Position numbers and translations under genes: made by a program. A stretch of 64,000 nt of DNA from Yuukianura sp. NJ FZ-2021 (Eukaryota): positions 1,488,001 to 1,552,000 of the forward strand of contig CM102284.1 in the NCBI GenBank assembly GCA_046563655.1, in the 5' to 3' direction. Below, in pieces: positions 1 to 12,306 of this stretch (its first letter is position 1; each line of letters opens with the position of its first letter). Under the pieces are notes generated by a model that worked only from the letters and a program-made list of their open reading frames with translations, did not search any database and was not told where the DNA came from.

Positions 1-1143
1 CCTTGTTCGTCCAGAATGTAAATCAGAACTCCTTTGGCCGGTTTTCCCACACTCGTCGTCACTGCCGTTCCTTTGGATATCCGGCAAACCGCCGCCAAAA
101 ACATCTCCGTTGAACCATATACATTGTACACCGTGAAATTAGCTTCGTCCATTCTGATTCGTTGTGGATTGAGTCGTGCACCGCCGACAAAAACCCAACG
201 AAGAGTCGTCATTTTGTCTACATCTTTTGCCATTAGGAGTTCGAGCAGAGGTGTCGGAAAAGCGGCGGCGGTAATACCACGTTCAGTAATCCATGACCGG
301 TATTGATCGATATCGAGCTTCACTTCTCGTGCCGGTATGACCAGTGTACCGCCTTTTGTGAAAACTGGCCAGATATCGCATAACGACACAATGAAACTTA
401 TGGAGACTCCCATGGCACTCCGCATATCGCTTGTGAATGTCTCCGGATCTGTTTCTACAAGCGTTTCGATTGCCGCGACAACAGAACTGTGCCGAACTAG
501 CACAGCCTTCGGGGTTCCTGTCGATCCAGAAGTAAACAAGCAGTAGGCGACGCCTTCCAGCGCTTCAGCGTCTTCTTCATAAATTTCTTCAACGTCTTTG
601 TTGGTTGCTGGAAAAACAAATGACGTTTAAAAAAATGGTAAGGTTAGGCTAACACTAAAAATTTTTTTGAAAATAATTTTTAAAAAATTTCACACGTTTT
701 GGTGACGATGGTATCCCAGCACAACTCATCCATTCCAGATTGTCTTGAGTGAAATGAAGATTTGGATAAGCATGTCCGAATTCAGTGTTCAGAGTGTCCC
801 ATTTGACTTGTGTCGTTACAACTGGCGGGAAATTGAGCATCTTTAAGCATTTCTGGACTTGGGCGCCAGGGTAGTTGTCATGGAGAACTACAACAATTTT
901 GTTGACATAGAGCGTTGCCAGGGATGACACTATGTATTTGATCCCTCCAGAAACGAGTGACACCACAAATGGATTCCGAGTGAATCCGAGTTCATATTTT
1001 TTTGCAAATGCTGTCACTTTGTCGTGCAATTCTGCGTAAGTCCAACTCCGATTGAATTCATCTTCCACAGCGATTTTAGACGGAAACGCTTGCACGGTTT
1101 GTTCAAAAATTTCCCAGATCGTAGATTCTTTAACAGTAGTCAT
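1..1143 (-). CDS. NRPS-like adenylation-domain protein, 5' part (runs off the left edge); exons 1143-696 and 607-<1
   Basis: Spliced translation shows A1 'WTYAEL', A3 'AYCLFTSGSTGTPKAV', A4-like 'SISFIVSLCDIW', 'VFVGGARL', A5 'YNVYGSTE' and 'SVGKP...IYILDE'. The GT..AG intron 695-608 (phase 1) preserves frame. Confidence 0.9.
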
Positions 1144-2051
1144 CCTGAAAGTGGTTAAAAATCGCTTGAAACTAGCTTTTAAAAACTGGAACTAAAAAAA
1201 AAATTTTTTTTTGTCGAAATTTAGAAAACCTAGCACACTTTCTTTGGATTGCATCGTACCGTTGCAAGGTTTTGTTGCACGTCAGAATGTAATTATGTAA
1301 TGGATTGGAACGGGTTTTATTCACAAAAAAAAATTTTTCAAACACTCAGAATGTTTCTGAAACTTCAAAAGCGGTCTTAAGCGATAACAAGGCTTTTTAC
1401 GACCTTTATACTCTTCTTATACAAAAGAAAGATAAAAATTGGAACCTAGCCTTACTAACGACAAAAGAATAAACATAATCTTTCTTAAACCAAACTGTTC
1501 AAACATCAAGAACTGAAAAAAATTGGACTTTGTTTGACACAGATACTCATTGTCATTACAAGAAATTTTATACAAGGCTATCTAAATTTAAAAAAAAAGT
1601 TTTTCTTTTTAAATTTCACAAAATAGAAAAACGAGATTTTTGATGTTCAACTTATTTGAATAATTTCAAAATATATCATTGTCATTTTTCCTCGTATTTT
1701 TTTTATAATTTTTTTCACAAATTGTTTAATTTAAGTTAGCTCACATAGTATGTCCAACTTGTGTGCCAAATCAAAAACTCCGTTTATATGTGCTGAGTAT
1801 TGCAAATATATAGCTGACGATGTTTCACAGAAATGTTATAGTTGGTATAACTGCTCTGTTATTATCGTGATGAAAAACGCGTGAACTTTTGACCTGAAAC
1901 TGCTAACCTAATCAGGGCAAAGTCAACACAAGCTTATAAAACTCCGTTTCAGTGACTTCCACAACTCTCAGTAGATATTCTCTAATGAGGTTCCAGAAAA
2001 ACCTGTTGTGAATTTCAATCAATTTTTGGAAGTTTAAATTTTGAAATAAAA

Positions 2052-3366
2052 ATGGAGATTTATGAGGTTGTTGTCATTGGAGCTGGAATCATGGGATCAA
2101 GTGCTGCTTACTACGCCTCAAAAAATTCTGGTTCCAAGGTTTTGCTACTAGAACAATTCGACCGGTTGCATCGTAGAGGTTCAAGTCACGGGGATAGCCG
2201 GTAAAAAAACACAAAATTAAAAAAAAATGAAAAATCAAACTTGTTTTTTTTTTCAGAATTATTCGCTATGCCTATCCTGAGGATTTCAATGCTTCTCTAA
2301 TGCCAGGCGCCTACAAAGCATGGGCTCAAATCGAGTTAGAATCAAACACAAAGGTGGGAGAGAATTTTTTGAAAAATAGTTTCTAAATATTTTTCTGAGC
2401 GGTCATCTTTTTCAAAATATTTGTTTTTTTTAGCTTTTTACAAAAACTGGGAGTTTGTCAATCGGAAAAAAAGATCACCCGGATATCCAATCAACTTTGA
2501 AAAATTTCCAAAAATTTAAAATTCCTTACGAAATTTTTACTCCTGCCACAATTGGATTTAAATTTCCCACGATTCGTCTTCCAGAAAGTCACGTCGCTCT
2601 GTATCAAAAAGATGGCGGGATGCTCAATGCCTCCAAAGCTGTTGCGACAATTCAATTACTTGCAGAGAAGAATGGCTGCAAATTTTTAGACAACGCACCA
2701 GTGCTAAAACTTGCGGTTCAAAAATTCCCGCACAAAAATGTTCCAGAACTCGTCAGAATTGAAACGCCTAGAGGGATTTTTTACTCTAAAAAATGCATCG
2801 TGACTGCAGGCGCTTGGACCCAAAAATTGCTCAAGGAAAATGTGAATGCCGACATTCCTTTACAGCCACAACAAACGACAATCGGATATTTTCGAGTCGA
2901 GGAACCAAACCGGTACTCCAGTTCGAACTTTCCGGTTTTTCTGGCATATTCTGAAGATGAGAAGGCTTTGTCGGTTTACGGACTCCCGGCATTGGAGTAT
3001 CCGAACATGCTCAAATGTGCTGGAGATACTGGAATACAGTGTGATCCAGACGGGAGGACATTTGAGCCTGATTTGAACGGAATTTTGAACTCCGCGGGAA
3101 CTTTTTTGAAACAATTTTTTATTGGTGTTGCTGAAACACCTACGCTGATGGAGAGTTGCATGTACACGCTGAGTCCAGATCGTAACTTTATTATTGACAT
3201 TTTACCGGGAAGTAACATTGTGGTTGGATGTGGATTTAGTGGACACGGATTCAAATTAGGTCCACTCATTGGCAACATTTTGACCCAACTTGCAACTACT
3301 GGAATTCATCCATATCTGCATGTAATTCCACATTTTTCGGTCAGTCGTTTCAAAAATAAGTTGTAA
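2052..3366 (+). CDS. PIPOX-like: Peroxisomal sarcosine oxidase / L-pipecolate oxidase-like FAD enzyme; exons 2052-2200, 2257-2353, 2434-3366
   Basis: N-terminal '[15 protein letters not shown]' FAD motif, '[14 protein letters not shown]', '[14 protein letters not shown]' (Cys at the covalent-FAD position) and '[11 protein letters not shown]'. Ends in -NKL (PTS1-like). Two GT-AG introns in frame. Confidence 0.92.
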
Positions 3367-3923
3367 AAACTAAATATTTAAAAGAAAAGAAACAGAAACA
3401 AAAAGTCACACTTAATCTGCATTGTTTAAATGTTAAAACATTTTGTTTATATTTTCCTCAAAATTTAAAATTTCGACAGCCCTGAATAAAAAGCATTTTT
3501 AATGCATTTTGACAAGCATACGGAAGTCTTTGGGAAATATTTCTGAAAAATGAATGCTCAGACTAAATGCTTTATCCATTAATTAGTAAAAATGGGGTTA
3601 TTCCGAGCTTCCACTTTTTCTAGGGTTTCGAATTTGAAATCTTGCTTGTGTTATACTCCAATTTTTCGCCTAAGTTTCTCGTTTTTTTTTTTGAAATTTA
3701 AATTAGTTCATTTCAGGTCTATATGAGCCACTCGTACAATTTAGTATTGTAAAATGAATATTCGCCAAGAACTTTTTGATTTCTAGGTACAAGTAAAAGC
3801 GACCGATTCACTTCAACCTGAACCATATCTTTGGGTGACGCGTTCAAAATCAAATCAACAACTGTATAGAGAAACAAATGAACGGTAGTATTGAAAATTT
3901 GTTGGAAAGCATTTATAGCCTGT

Positions 3924-6061
3924 TCAAAATCCCATTGATGGTCGCCGTGGTGATGGGAGGACAGATGGACTCTTCGGCCTTTCTTCGTACAGCTTGGCTA
4001 CAGCAAGAGACGAACGTCTGCCGGACTTTGGCTTTGCAGCGTCAGCAGCAACAGAAATGACGACGTCTGCTGCTCGTGCCTGACAATTTGAGTTCTGGAT
4101 TCGTTGTCCAATGGCACGCATGCGTCGTTTCAAAATTTCGTTGCCAAGGAGACAATCTACAGCCTGCAGTAGCTCAGCTTCAGTTAGGTGGTACGGTTCT
4201 AACCGCAGACCATGCCCTGTTTCCTGTACGCGTTGCGCATTGTCCGGCTGATCCGCAAAAAGCGGCAGCACAAGCAACGGTTTTCCAAAATAAAACGTTT
4301 CCGTCACAGTGTTGTTTCCGCCATGCGTAATGACGAGGTCTACTTTCGGCAGAATCAGGGTCTGCGGCAAGCTGTTGGCTCCCCACATGTTGCTGGGCAA
4401 CACCAACTCATCTCCAAGGGGTCCTAAATGTAATATATATTTATTAAATATATAAAAACAATAATTAAATTTGTGTACAATTTGTTGATGTGTAGCTATA
4501 CTAACCTTTAGACACAATAAAACGGTGTGGTGATTTGGCCAACATTCCAATGAGTTTCCGCATTAAGTTCAACTCCGAACAGCCTATTGAACCTAACGAA
4601 AAGTACACCAATTTCCCGGGAAGATTTGCCAGTTCAGCGGGAATTTCAAATTCAACATCTTCTTTCCGCACGAAAGAGTCAACACAATGCCATTTTGGTG
4701 GAAATGGACTGTGCATCGTGTATGACATTTCAGCTGGGTACATACAGATATTGGCGTATGGGGAATGCACTTGCCAGAGTGGAGAGTTCAATTCCAATTT
4801 TGGCCCGCCTTTTTCTAACACCCAACTTCGGAATTCTTCAAACGTGTCTTTGTACACTTCTTTTCATTTTGTCGTTATGCTCTTTCCACAGAGTTTTGTC
4901 TGCTTCGAAAATCGGACAACCGGACCATGCTGGCGGTAAGTCATCACTGACCAATCCACACAGCGGATTGAGTGACGTACAAAAAATCCAGGGTACGTCT
5001 GAAAATATAATGAGATTCATAATAATATAATTATGTTAATAATATTCATAAAATATAATACTTATGTACAGTTTCTGCTAGCTAAAACAGTACACCCTAT
5101 TTTGCTTCCATTGAAACGAGTTAGAACATTATGTACACATGGGGGGAAAGTTAATTCAAAATTTGAAACGTTAGCGAACGTTTATGATGGAATGTTTACA
5201 AATCGCGTTATTCACTCGTTTTCTCTCTACAGTTGCCAAGTTAGGCAGATAACCTAACCTAAAATACACATTGAACATTATGTTTTTCAACCATTTGAGC
5301 TCTTGAACCAATTCAAATATGAACTAATGGCGTGCTTCCAAGTGAACTGATACTCTGTCCAAATATGAAATAATAAATTTACTATTTATAATTACAACAA
5401 TCATTAATTTTTACAAATCCAGTACTGTTGTGTAATTAATTTCTTAAACCAAATGAATTAATGAAATAATAAAATAAAGAAAATGTTCTTAGGTTGCCCC
5501 AGTAGGGTTGCAACAGTTCCGCCCTAAGATGCGCCGAACTCTAAAGTCGGTGGGAGGGAGGGGTGCGATTATCCCGGGGCAATGTGAGAATCGTTTGTTA
5601 AATTATACCACGAGTATATAAAAGTGTATCAATTTCATACTTTTGTTGTCCATTAGTGCAGGGAGTTGCATAACATTGTCAATCACGACAACATCTGGCA
5701 TCACATCTTGCATAATACAGAGCATGTTGTCATGGGAGTCCATTGCCTTTCGCACAAGTTCTTTATAGAGCGCCGTGTGGAAAAACTCCATCATTTGCAA
5801 AGGGGGCATCGCAAGAGCAGGGGCCATCGCAGCGACAATGTCGCCCCACTTCTCGCTCGGTTCTTCATCAACCTCATCTTGGTAGTACTCCTCTTCGAAT
5901 CCCAGCGGCTCCAATTTCCCTCTCCATGTATTTGGCGTAGCAAAAACTACGCGGTGACCACGCTTAAGCAGTTGTTGACCAATCCCAATGCACGCGGAGA
6001 AGTGACCTACAGCCTCCACTGGGGCCATCAAAACAGTGTAACTGGGAGTTACTTCGGTCAT
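3924..6061 (-). pseudogene. UDP-glycosyltransferase copy 1 (bacterial MGT/YjiC-like GT1) with a +1 frameshift; exons 6061-5641, 4998-4506, 4423-3924
   Basis: Same exon structure as copies 2 and 3, but exon 2 is 493 nt versus 492 nt. An extra base at ~4861-4864 gives ATGAAAAGAAGTG versus ATGAAAGAAGTG in copy 3. This could be a homopolymer sequencing error rather than true pseudogenisation. Confidence 0.7.
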
Positions 6062-6786
6062 TTTTGAAATACTCTTTAAAAAAAAAACGAAAATTTCAAC
6101 AAAGAATTGATATTTAAAAAAAAACTAAACGTTGACCTTTAGAGCATCACTTCCACAGAAGTGAAACTCCTAAAAATGGTTAGCGCGCTAAAATTTGAAC
6201 TGATATTGAAACTGGTACTGCTCTTGAATTCCAAGCAATCTTACCAATTTATAACTTACGATTACAAATTCCTACTTTTGTACAACTTTTTGTATTTTTG
6301 TCCAGGAAGTTTTTAGTCAGCAGTGAAAATCAAGCCAAACCGGTTTAAGTAATTAATTTAGTACTTTTATCTTGCAGCATCAAGTTGTTTCTAATAGAAA
6401 AAATGGCAAGAGTCCTACAATTTTTGTAAACAATTGCACCAAAAAGTAGCAATTTTTACCAAAGTCTATGGCTATCATGGGATGGCTGGACAACTCCTCT
6501 TAAAAGTAGAACCAGGCAGACAGACATGGTAATTTCTCAAAGTGTTAGTGTTTTTAAATTCCCAAACATGTTATGCAAAAAATTTTTTTTGCAAACCACG
6601 ACTTGTTACCTATAACAAACGTCTTCAAGGACGGCGTGGCATGATCAAGTCCAATTCCACGTTGTATTTCGTTTCGAAATTTTTCAGACAGACAGACAGA
6701 CAAGGTCAAACCAATAAGTAACTTACGTTGCTTAATAATTGATTTTTGAATTTTTGACACATTTTGGAAAAGTTTCTATACGATCT

Positions 6787-8520
6787 TCAAAATCCCATTG
6801 ATGGTCGCCGTGGCGACGGGAGGAGAGATGGACTCCTCGGCCTTTCTTCGTACAGCTTGGCTACAGCAACAGACGAACGCCTGCCGGACTTTGGTTTTGC
6901 TGCTTCATCAGCTACAGAAATGACTACGTCTGCTGCGCGTGCCTGACAATCTGAGTTCTGAATTCGATGTCCAATAGCACGCATGCGTCGTTTCAAAATT
7001 TCGTTGCCAAGGAGACTGTCTACAGTCTGTAGCAGCTCGGCTTCAGTTACTTCGTACGGTTGTAACCGCACACCGTGCCCGGTTTCTTGTACGCGTGTCG
7101 CGTTGTCCATCTGATCGGCAAAAAGCGGCAGAACGAGCAACGGTTTTCCAAAATAAAATGATTCTGTCACAGTGTTGTTTCCGCCGTGCGTAATGACGAG
7201 ATCAACCTTCGGCAAAATCAGGGTCTGCGGCAAGCTGTTGGCTCCCCACATGTTGCTGGGCAACACCAGCTGATCTCCCAGCGGTCCTAAATATAATATA
7301 AATGTATTAAATACATAAAAATAATAATTAAATTTGTGTACAATATGTTGATGTGTAGCTATACTAACCTTTAGACACAATAAAACGGTGTGGTGCTTTG
7401 GCCAACATTCCAATGAGTCTCCGCATTAAGTTCACCTCCGAACAGCCTATTGACCCTAACGAGAAGTACACCAATTTGCCGGGAAGATTTGCCAGTTCAG
7501 CGGGAATTTCAAATTCAACATCTTCTTTCCGCACGAAAGCGTCAAAACAATGCCATTTTGGTGGAAATGGACTGTGCATGGTGTATGACATTTCTGTCGG
7601 GTACATACAGATATTGGCGTATGGGGAATGCACTTGCCAGAGTTGAGAGTTCAATTCCAATTTTGGCCCGCCTTTTTCTAATACCCAACTTCGGAATTCT
7701 TCAAACGTGTCTTTGAACACTTCCTTCATTTTTGCGTGGTGTTCCTTCCACACAGCTTTGTCTGGGTCGAAAACCGAGTAACCGGCAAATGCTGGCGGTA
7801 AGTCGTCACTGACCATTCCGCAGAGAGGATTGAGTGACGTACAAAAAATCCATGGCACTTCTGAAAGTGTAATAATATATATAATAATATTCATAATATT
7901 CATAAAATATAATATATATCAACTATATATAAACCAACTGTCGGCTATACATGCAATGATACTCCGTCAAAATTTTAAATAAAACACGGTTCCCACGCTG
8001 CCAACGTAGAGGTCCAACAGGAACGTCCTGGGGCAGTGTGAGAACCGTATTTTGAATATTATAACAAAGAATTATTATAAAAGCATAGCAATTTCATACT
8101 TTTGTTGTCCATTAGCGCAGGGAGTTGCATAACATTGTCAACCACGACAACATCCGGCATCACATCTTGCATTATACAGAGCATGTTATCATGTGAGTCC
8201 TTTGTCTTCCGCACAAGTTCAACATAGAACGCCGTGTGCAAAAACTCCATCTTTTGCATAGGGGGCATCGCAAGGGCGGGAGCCATCGCAGCGACAATGT
8301 CGCCCCACTTCTCGCTCGGTTCTTCATCAACCTCATCTTGGTAGTACTCCTCTTCGAATCCCAGCGGCTCCAATTTCCCTCTCCATGTATTCGGCGTTGC
8401 AAATACTACGCGGTGACCGCGCTTGAGCAGTTGCTGACCAATCCCAATGCAAGCGGAGAAGTGACCTACAGCCTCCACTGGGGCCATCAAAACAGTGTAA
8501 CTGGGAGTTACTTCGATCAT
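6787..8520 (-). CDS. UDP-glycosyltransferase copy 2 (GT1, cytosolic type); exons 8520-8100, 7860-7369, 7286-6787, ~470 aa
   Basis: N-terminal 'AVGHF' catalytic His region, 'LVYFSLGSIG' and UGT signature 'LPQTLILPKVDLVITHGGNNTVTESFYFGKPLLVLPLFADQ'. No signal peptide or C-terminal TM helix. Exon lengths 421+492+500 are in frame. Confidence 0.93.
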
Positions 8521-9356
8521 TTTTTTTCAAACACTTTTAAAAAAAACGAAAATTTCAATTGACATTAAAAAAAAACTTTGAACTTCAGAGCTTTAGTTCC
8601 GCGGAATAAGTAAAACTCGTAAAATTGGTTAGCACGCTATTTGAACTGATATTAAAACTGGCACTGCTCTTGAATTCGAAACATTCTCAACAATTTATAA
8701 CTTACGAATTCCTGCCTTTGTATAAATCAAAGTCCAGGAAATCTTTACTTATTTCACCAGTGAACCAAGAATTAAAGAAAATCAAGCCAAACCGGTTTAC
8801 TTAATTTATTAAACTTTTATCTTTTAGCATCAAGTTATTCCTTACAGAAAAAAAAAAGCAAGCGTGCTTTAATTTTGGTAAACAAATACACCCAAAAGTA
8901 GCCATTTTTACAAAAGTCTATGGGCAAAATAGGATGACTGTACAACTCCTCTTAAAAGTTGAACCAGACAGACCGACATGTTAATTTCTCAAAGTGTTTT
9001 TGCATTCTCAAACATGTTTTGAAAAATAACTTTTTGCAGACATTGATTCTTAACTAACAAAAGTTTTCAAGGACGGCGTGGCATGAAGAACTCCAATATT
9101 CCATGTGGAATTTCGTTTCCTTTACTATAATTAAACTTTCATGATTTCGTGATTTCTGAGTATTTTTTTCAAATTCGAGGAAAAACAACTAAACCTTGAA
9201 CATGAATTGTCGAGTGACACGAGTATAAAGCCAAACATGATTTTTACGGAAAGTTGAAACTGGATTATCAACAAAAAATTTACAATTCCCATATCCTTTC
9301 AAAAATAAGTGAATTTTGAATTTTTGACACATTTTTGAAAAGTTTCTATAAGATCT

Positions 9357-11438
9357 TCAAAATCCCATTGATGGTCGCCGTGGCGACGGGAGGAGAGATG
9401 GACTCCTCGGCCTTTCTTCGTACAGCTTGGCTACAGCAACAGACGAGCGTCTGCTGGAATTTGGTTTTGCTGAGTTCGCAGCTACAGAAATGACGACTTC
9501 TGCTGCTCGTGCCTGGCAATCAGAGTTCTGGATTCGATGTCCAATGGCACGCATGCGTCGTTTCAAAATTTCGTTGTCAAGGAGACTATCCACAGCCTGT
9601 AGTAGCTCAGCTTCAGTTAGGTGGTACGGTTCTAACCATAGACCGTGCCCGGTTTCTTGTACGCGTGTTGCATTGTCCAGCTGATCGCCAAATATCGGCA
9701 GAACGAGCAACGGTTTTCCAAAATAAAACGTTTCCGTCACAGTGTTGTTTCCGCCATGCGTAATGACGAGGTCTACTTTCGGCAGAATCAGTGTCTGCGG
9801 CAAGCTGTTGGCTCCCCACATGTTGCTGGGCAACACCAACTCATCTCCCAGGGGTCCTAAATGTTATATATATGAATTAAATATATAAAAATAATAATTA
9901 AATTTGTGTACAATATGTTGATGCGTAGCTATACTAACCTTTAGACACAATAAATCGGTGCGGCGATTTGGCCAACATTCCAATCAGTTTCCGCATTAAG
10001 TTCAACTCCGAACAGCCTATTGAACCTAACGAAAAGTACACCAATTTGCCGGGAAGATTTGCAAGTTCGGCGGGAATTTCAAATTCTCCGTCTTCTTTAC
10101 GCACAAAACAATCAAAACAATGCCATTTTGGTGGAAATGGAGAATGCATCGTGTATGACATTTCCTTTGGGTACATACAAATATTGGCGTACGGGGAATG
10201 CACTTGCCAAACTTGAGAGTTCAATTCGAATGTTGGCCCGCCTTTTTCTAACACCCAACTTCGGAATTGTTCAAACGTGTCTTTGTACACTTCTTTCATT
10301 TTGTCGGTATGCTCTTTCCACAGAGTTTTGTCTCCGTCAAAAATCGGATAACCGGTAAATGCTGGCGGTAAGTCGTCACTGAGTATTACACAGAGAGGAT
10401 TGATTGAAGTACATAAAATCCAGGGTACTTCTGAAAATATAGTAATATTCATAATGAAATAATAACATTAATAATATCTACTACATATTACAGCATCTCT
10501 AACACAGTCCTCCTGTCCTCTGTGTGTGAGTGAAATGAGAGTTAACTCCTGGCTCTCTTATTCACTTTGTGTGAACAGGAGCAAAACATAAACAGTTTAA
10601 CTCTCACTCAAGCACACGAGGAAAAGAAGCTACAGAAGACATTGTAAAATACAAACTAAAAACCTCATTCTTTTCTCCACTCCCTCTCATGGGTCCTCAC
10701 ACAAAACTTAAAGGAGGCCTCGTATGTCATAGTAGTGTTCTTCTTATCCACTCTCCTCATTTACTCTCCCAATAGCGAAGCGAATCTACCCTCCGCTGCG
10801 CGCATGACAATTTTACAAACAACGGTTGAAATAAACTAAATATTGGATAATTGCACCCAACATTTGTTTTTGGCCCGTCTTTTTGTAAATTTAACTATTG
10901 TGTAATCGTTTTTTGTGCGATTAGTCAGTCAAACTGGTACGTACGCAACAGTCTAGAATCTTTCGGTGGCCGTAGGCCACCGAAGATTCTAGTTCCTACA
11001 TATAATCAATTTCATACTTGTGTTGTCCATTAGCGCAGGGAGTTGCACAGCATTGTCAATCACGACAACATCCGGCATCACATCTCGCATAATGCACAGC
11101 ATGTTGTCATGTGAGTCCATTGCTTTCTGTATAGCTTCTTTATAGAGTGCCGTGTTGAAAAACTCCATCTTTTGCATAGGAGGCATCGCAAGAGCAGGAG
11201 CCATCGCAGCGACAATGTCGCCCCATTTCTCGCTCGGTTCTTCATCAACCTCATCTTGGTAGTACTCCTCTTCGAATCCCAGCGGCTCCAATTTCCCTCT
11301 CCATGTATTAGGCGTAGCAAAAACGACGCGGTGACCACGCTTAAGCAGTTGCTGACCAATCCCAATGCACGCGGAGAAGTGACCTACAGCCTCCACTGGG
11401 GCCATCAAAACAGTGTAACTGGGAGTTACTTCGATCAT
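9357..11438 (-). CDS. UDP-glycosyltransferase copy 3; exons 11438-11018, 10430-9939, 9856-9357
   Basis: Near-identical paralogue of copy 2 with intact frame and canonical splice sites. Confidence 0.93.
10477..10992 (+). mobile_element. Non-autonomous Helitron-like element in intron 1 of UGT copy 3
   Basis: 5' end A|TCTACTACATATTA; 3' GC-rich hairpin CGGTGGCC-GTA-GGCCACCG followed by CTAG|T; insertion between A and T with no TSD. Not seen in the homologous introns of copies 1 and 2. Removing it leaves a ~71-nt intron. Confidence 0.75.
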
Positions 11439-12306
11439 TTTTGAAATACTTTTTGACAAAACCGAAAGTTTTTACAAAGTGTTTTAAACTTTATTTTTAA
11501 ATTGTTTTTTAAACTAAAAACTTTGAACCTTAGACCTCATTCACATCTACGGAAGTGAAATTTATAAAATTGGATAACCAAAAGTGTGCTAAAATTTGAA
11601 ATGATATCAAAAGTAGGACTGATCTGAAATTATAAAGACTCTCATTGGTTTATAACTTGCACATTCCTCTTTTTGTCGAATTCAAAGTCGAGGAAATTTT
11701 TGGTCAATTCATGAGTAACATCAGAAATTAAAGAAAATCAGGATAAACCGGTTCCTGCAATTAATTTATTTTTATCTCTCAACATCGTTATCGTTATGCA
11801 AAAAAAAAACGCAAACTGCTTATTCAATTTCTTTGTAAACAATTCCACGAAGAGGTAGCGATTTTTTACAAAAATCATTTCATTAACCTAGTATAATAGG
11901 AAGATTGGGCAAATCAACTTATAAGTTGAGCCGGACAGACCGACATGGTAATTCCTCAAAGTGGTTTTCAATCCCTAAACATGTTTTTCAAATTTTTTTT
12001 GTCCCAAGCATTAATTATTACCTGACAAAAAGACTCCAAGGACAAAATGGCATGACAAGTCTAATTTCTAGTCGTGTTTCAAAATTTACTTTTCACAACT
12101 ATTGTTCCATTATTTCTGAGCAACATTTTTTCAAAATCAAGGAAAAAGAAACTTAACCTTGAACATGAATTGTCGAGTGACACGAGTAAAGTAAGACATG
12201 ATTTTTATAGATAGGTGAAACTCGATTTTCAACTTCGATTTCGAAAAAGTTACAATTCAAAAAACCTTTTTCAAAAATAAGTGATTTCATGTCATCATTT
12301 CTACTA

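Noticed and set aside
34-546. Plus-strand ORFs 34-306 and 337-546, and many similar antisense ORFs across the window
   Set aside because: They are shadow ORFs opposite well-supported coding exons.
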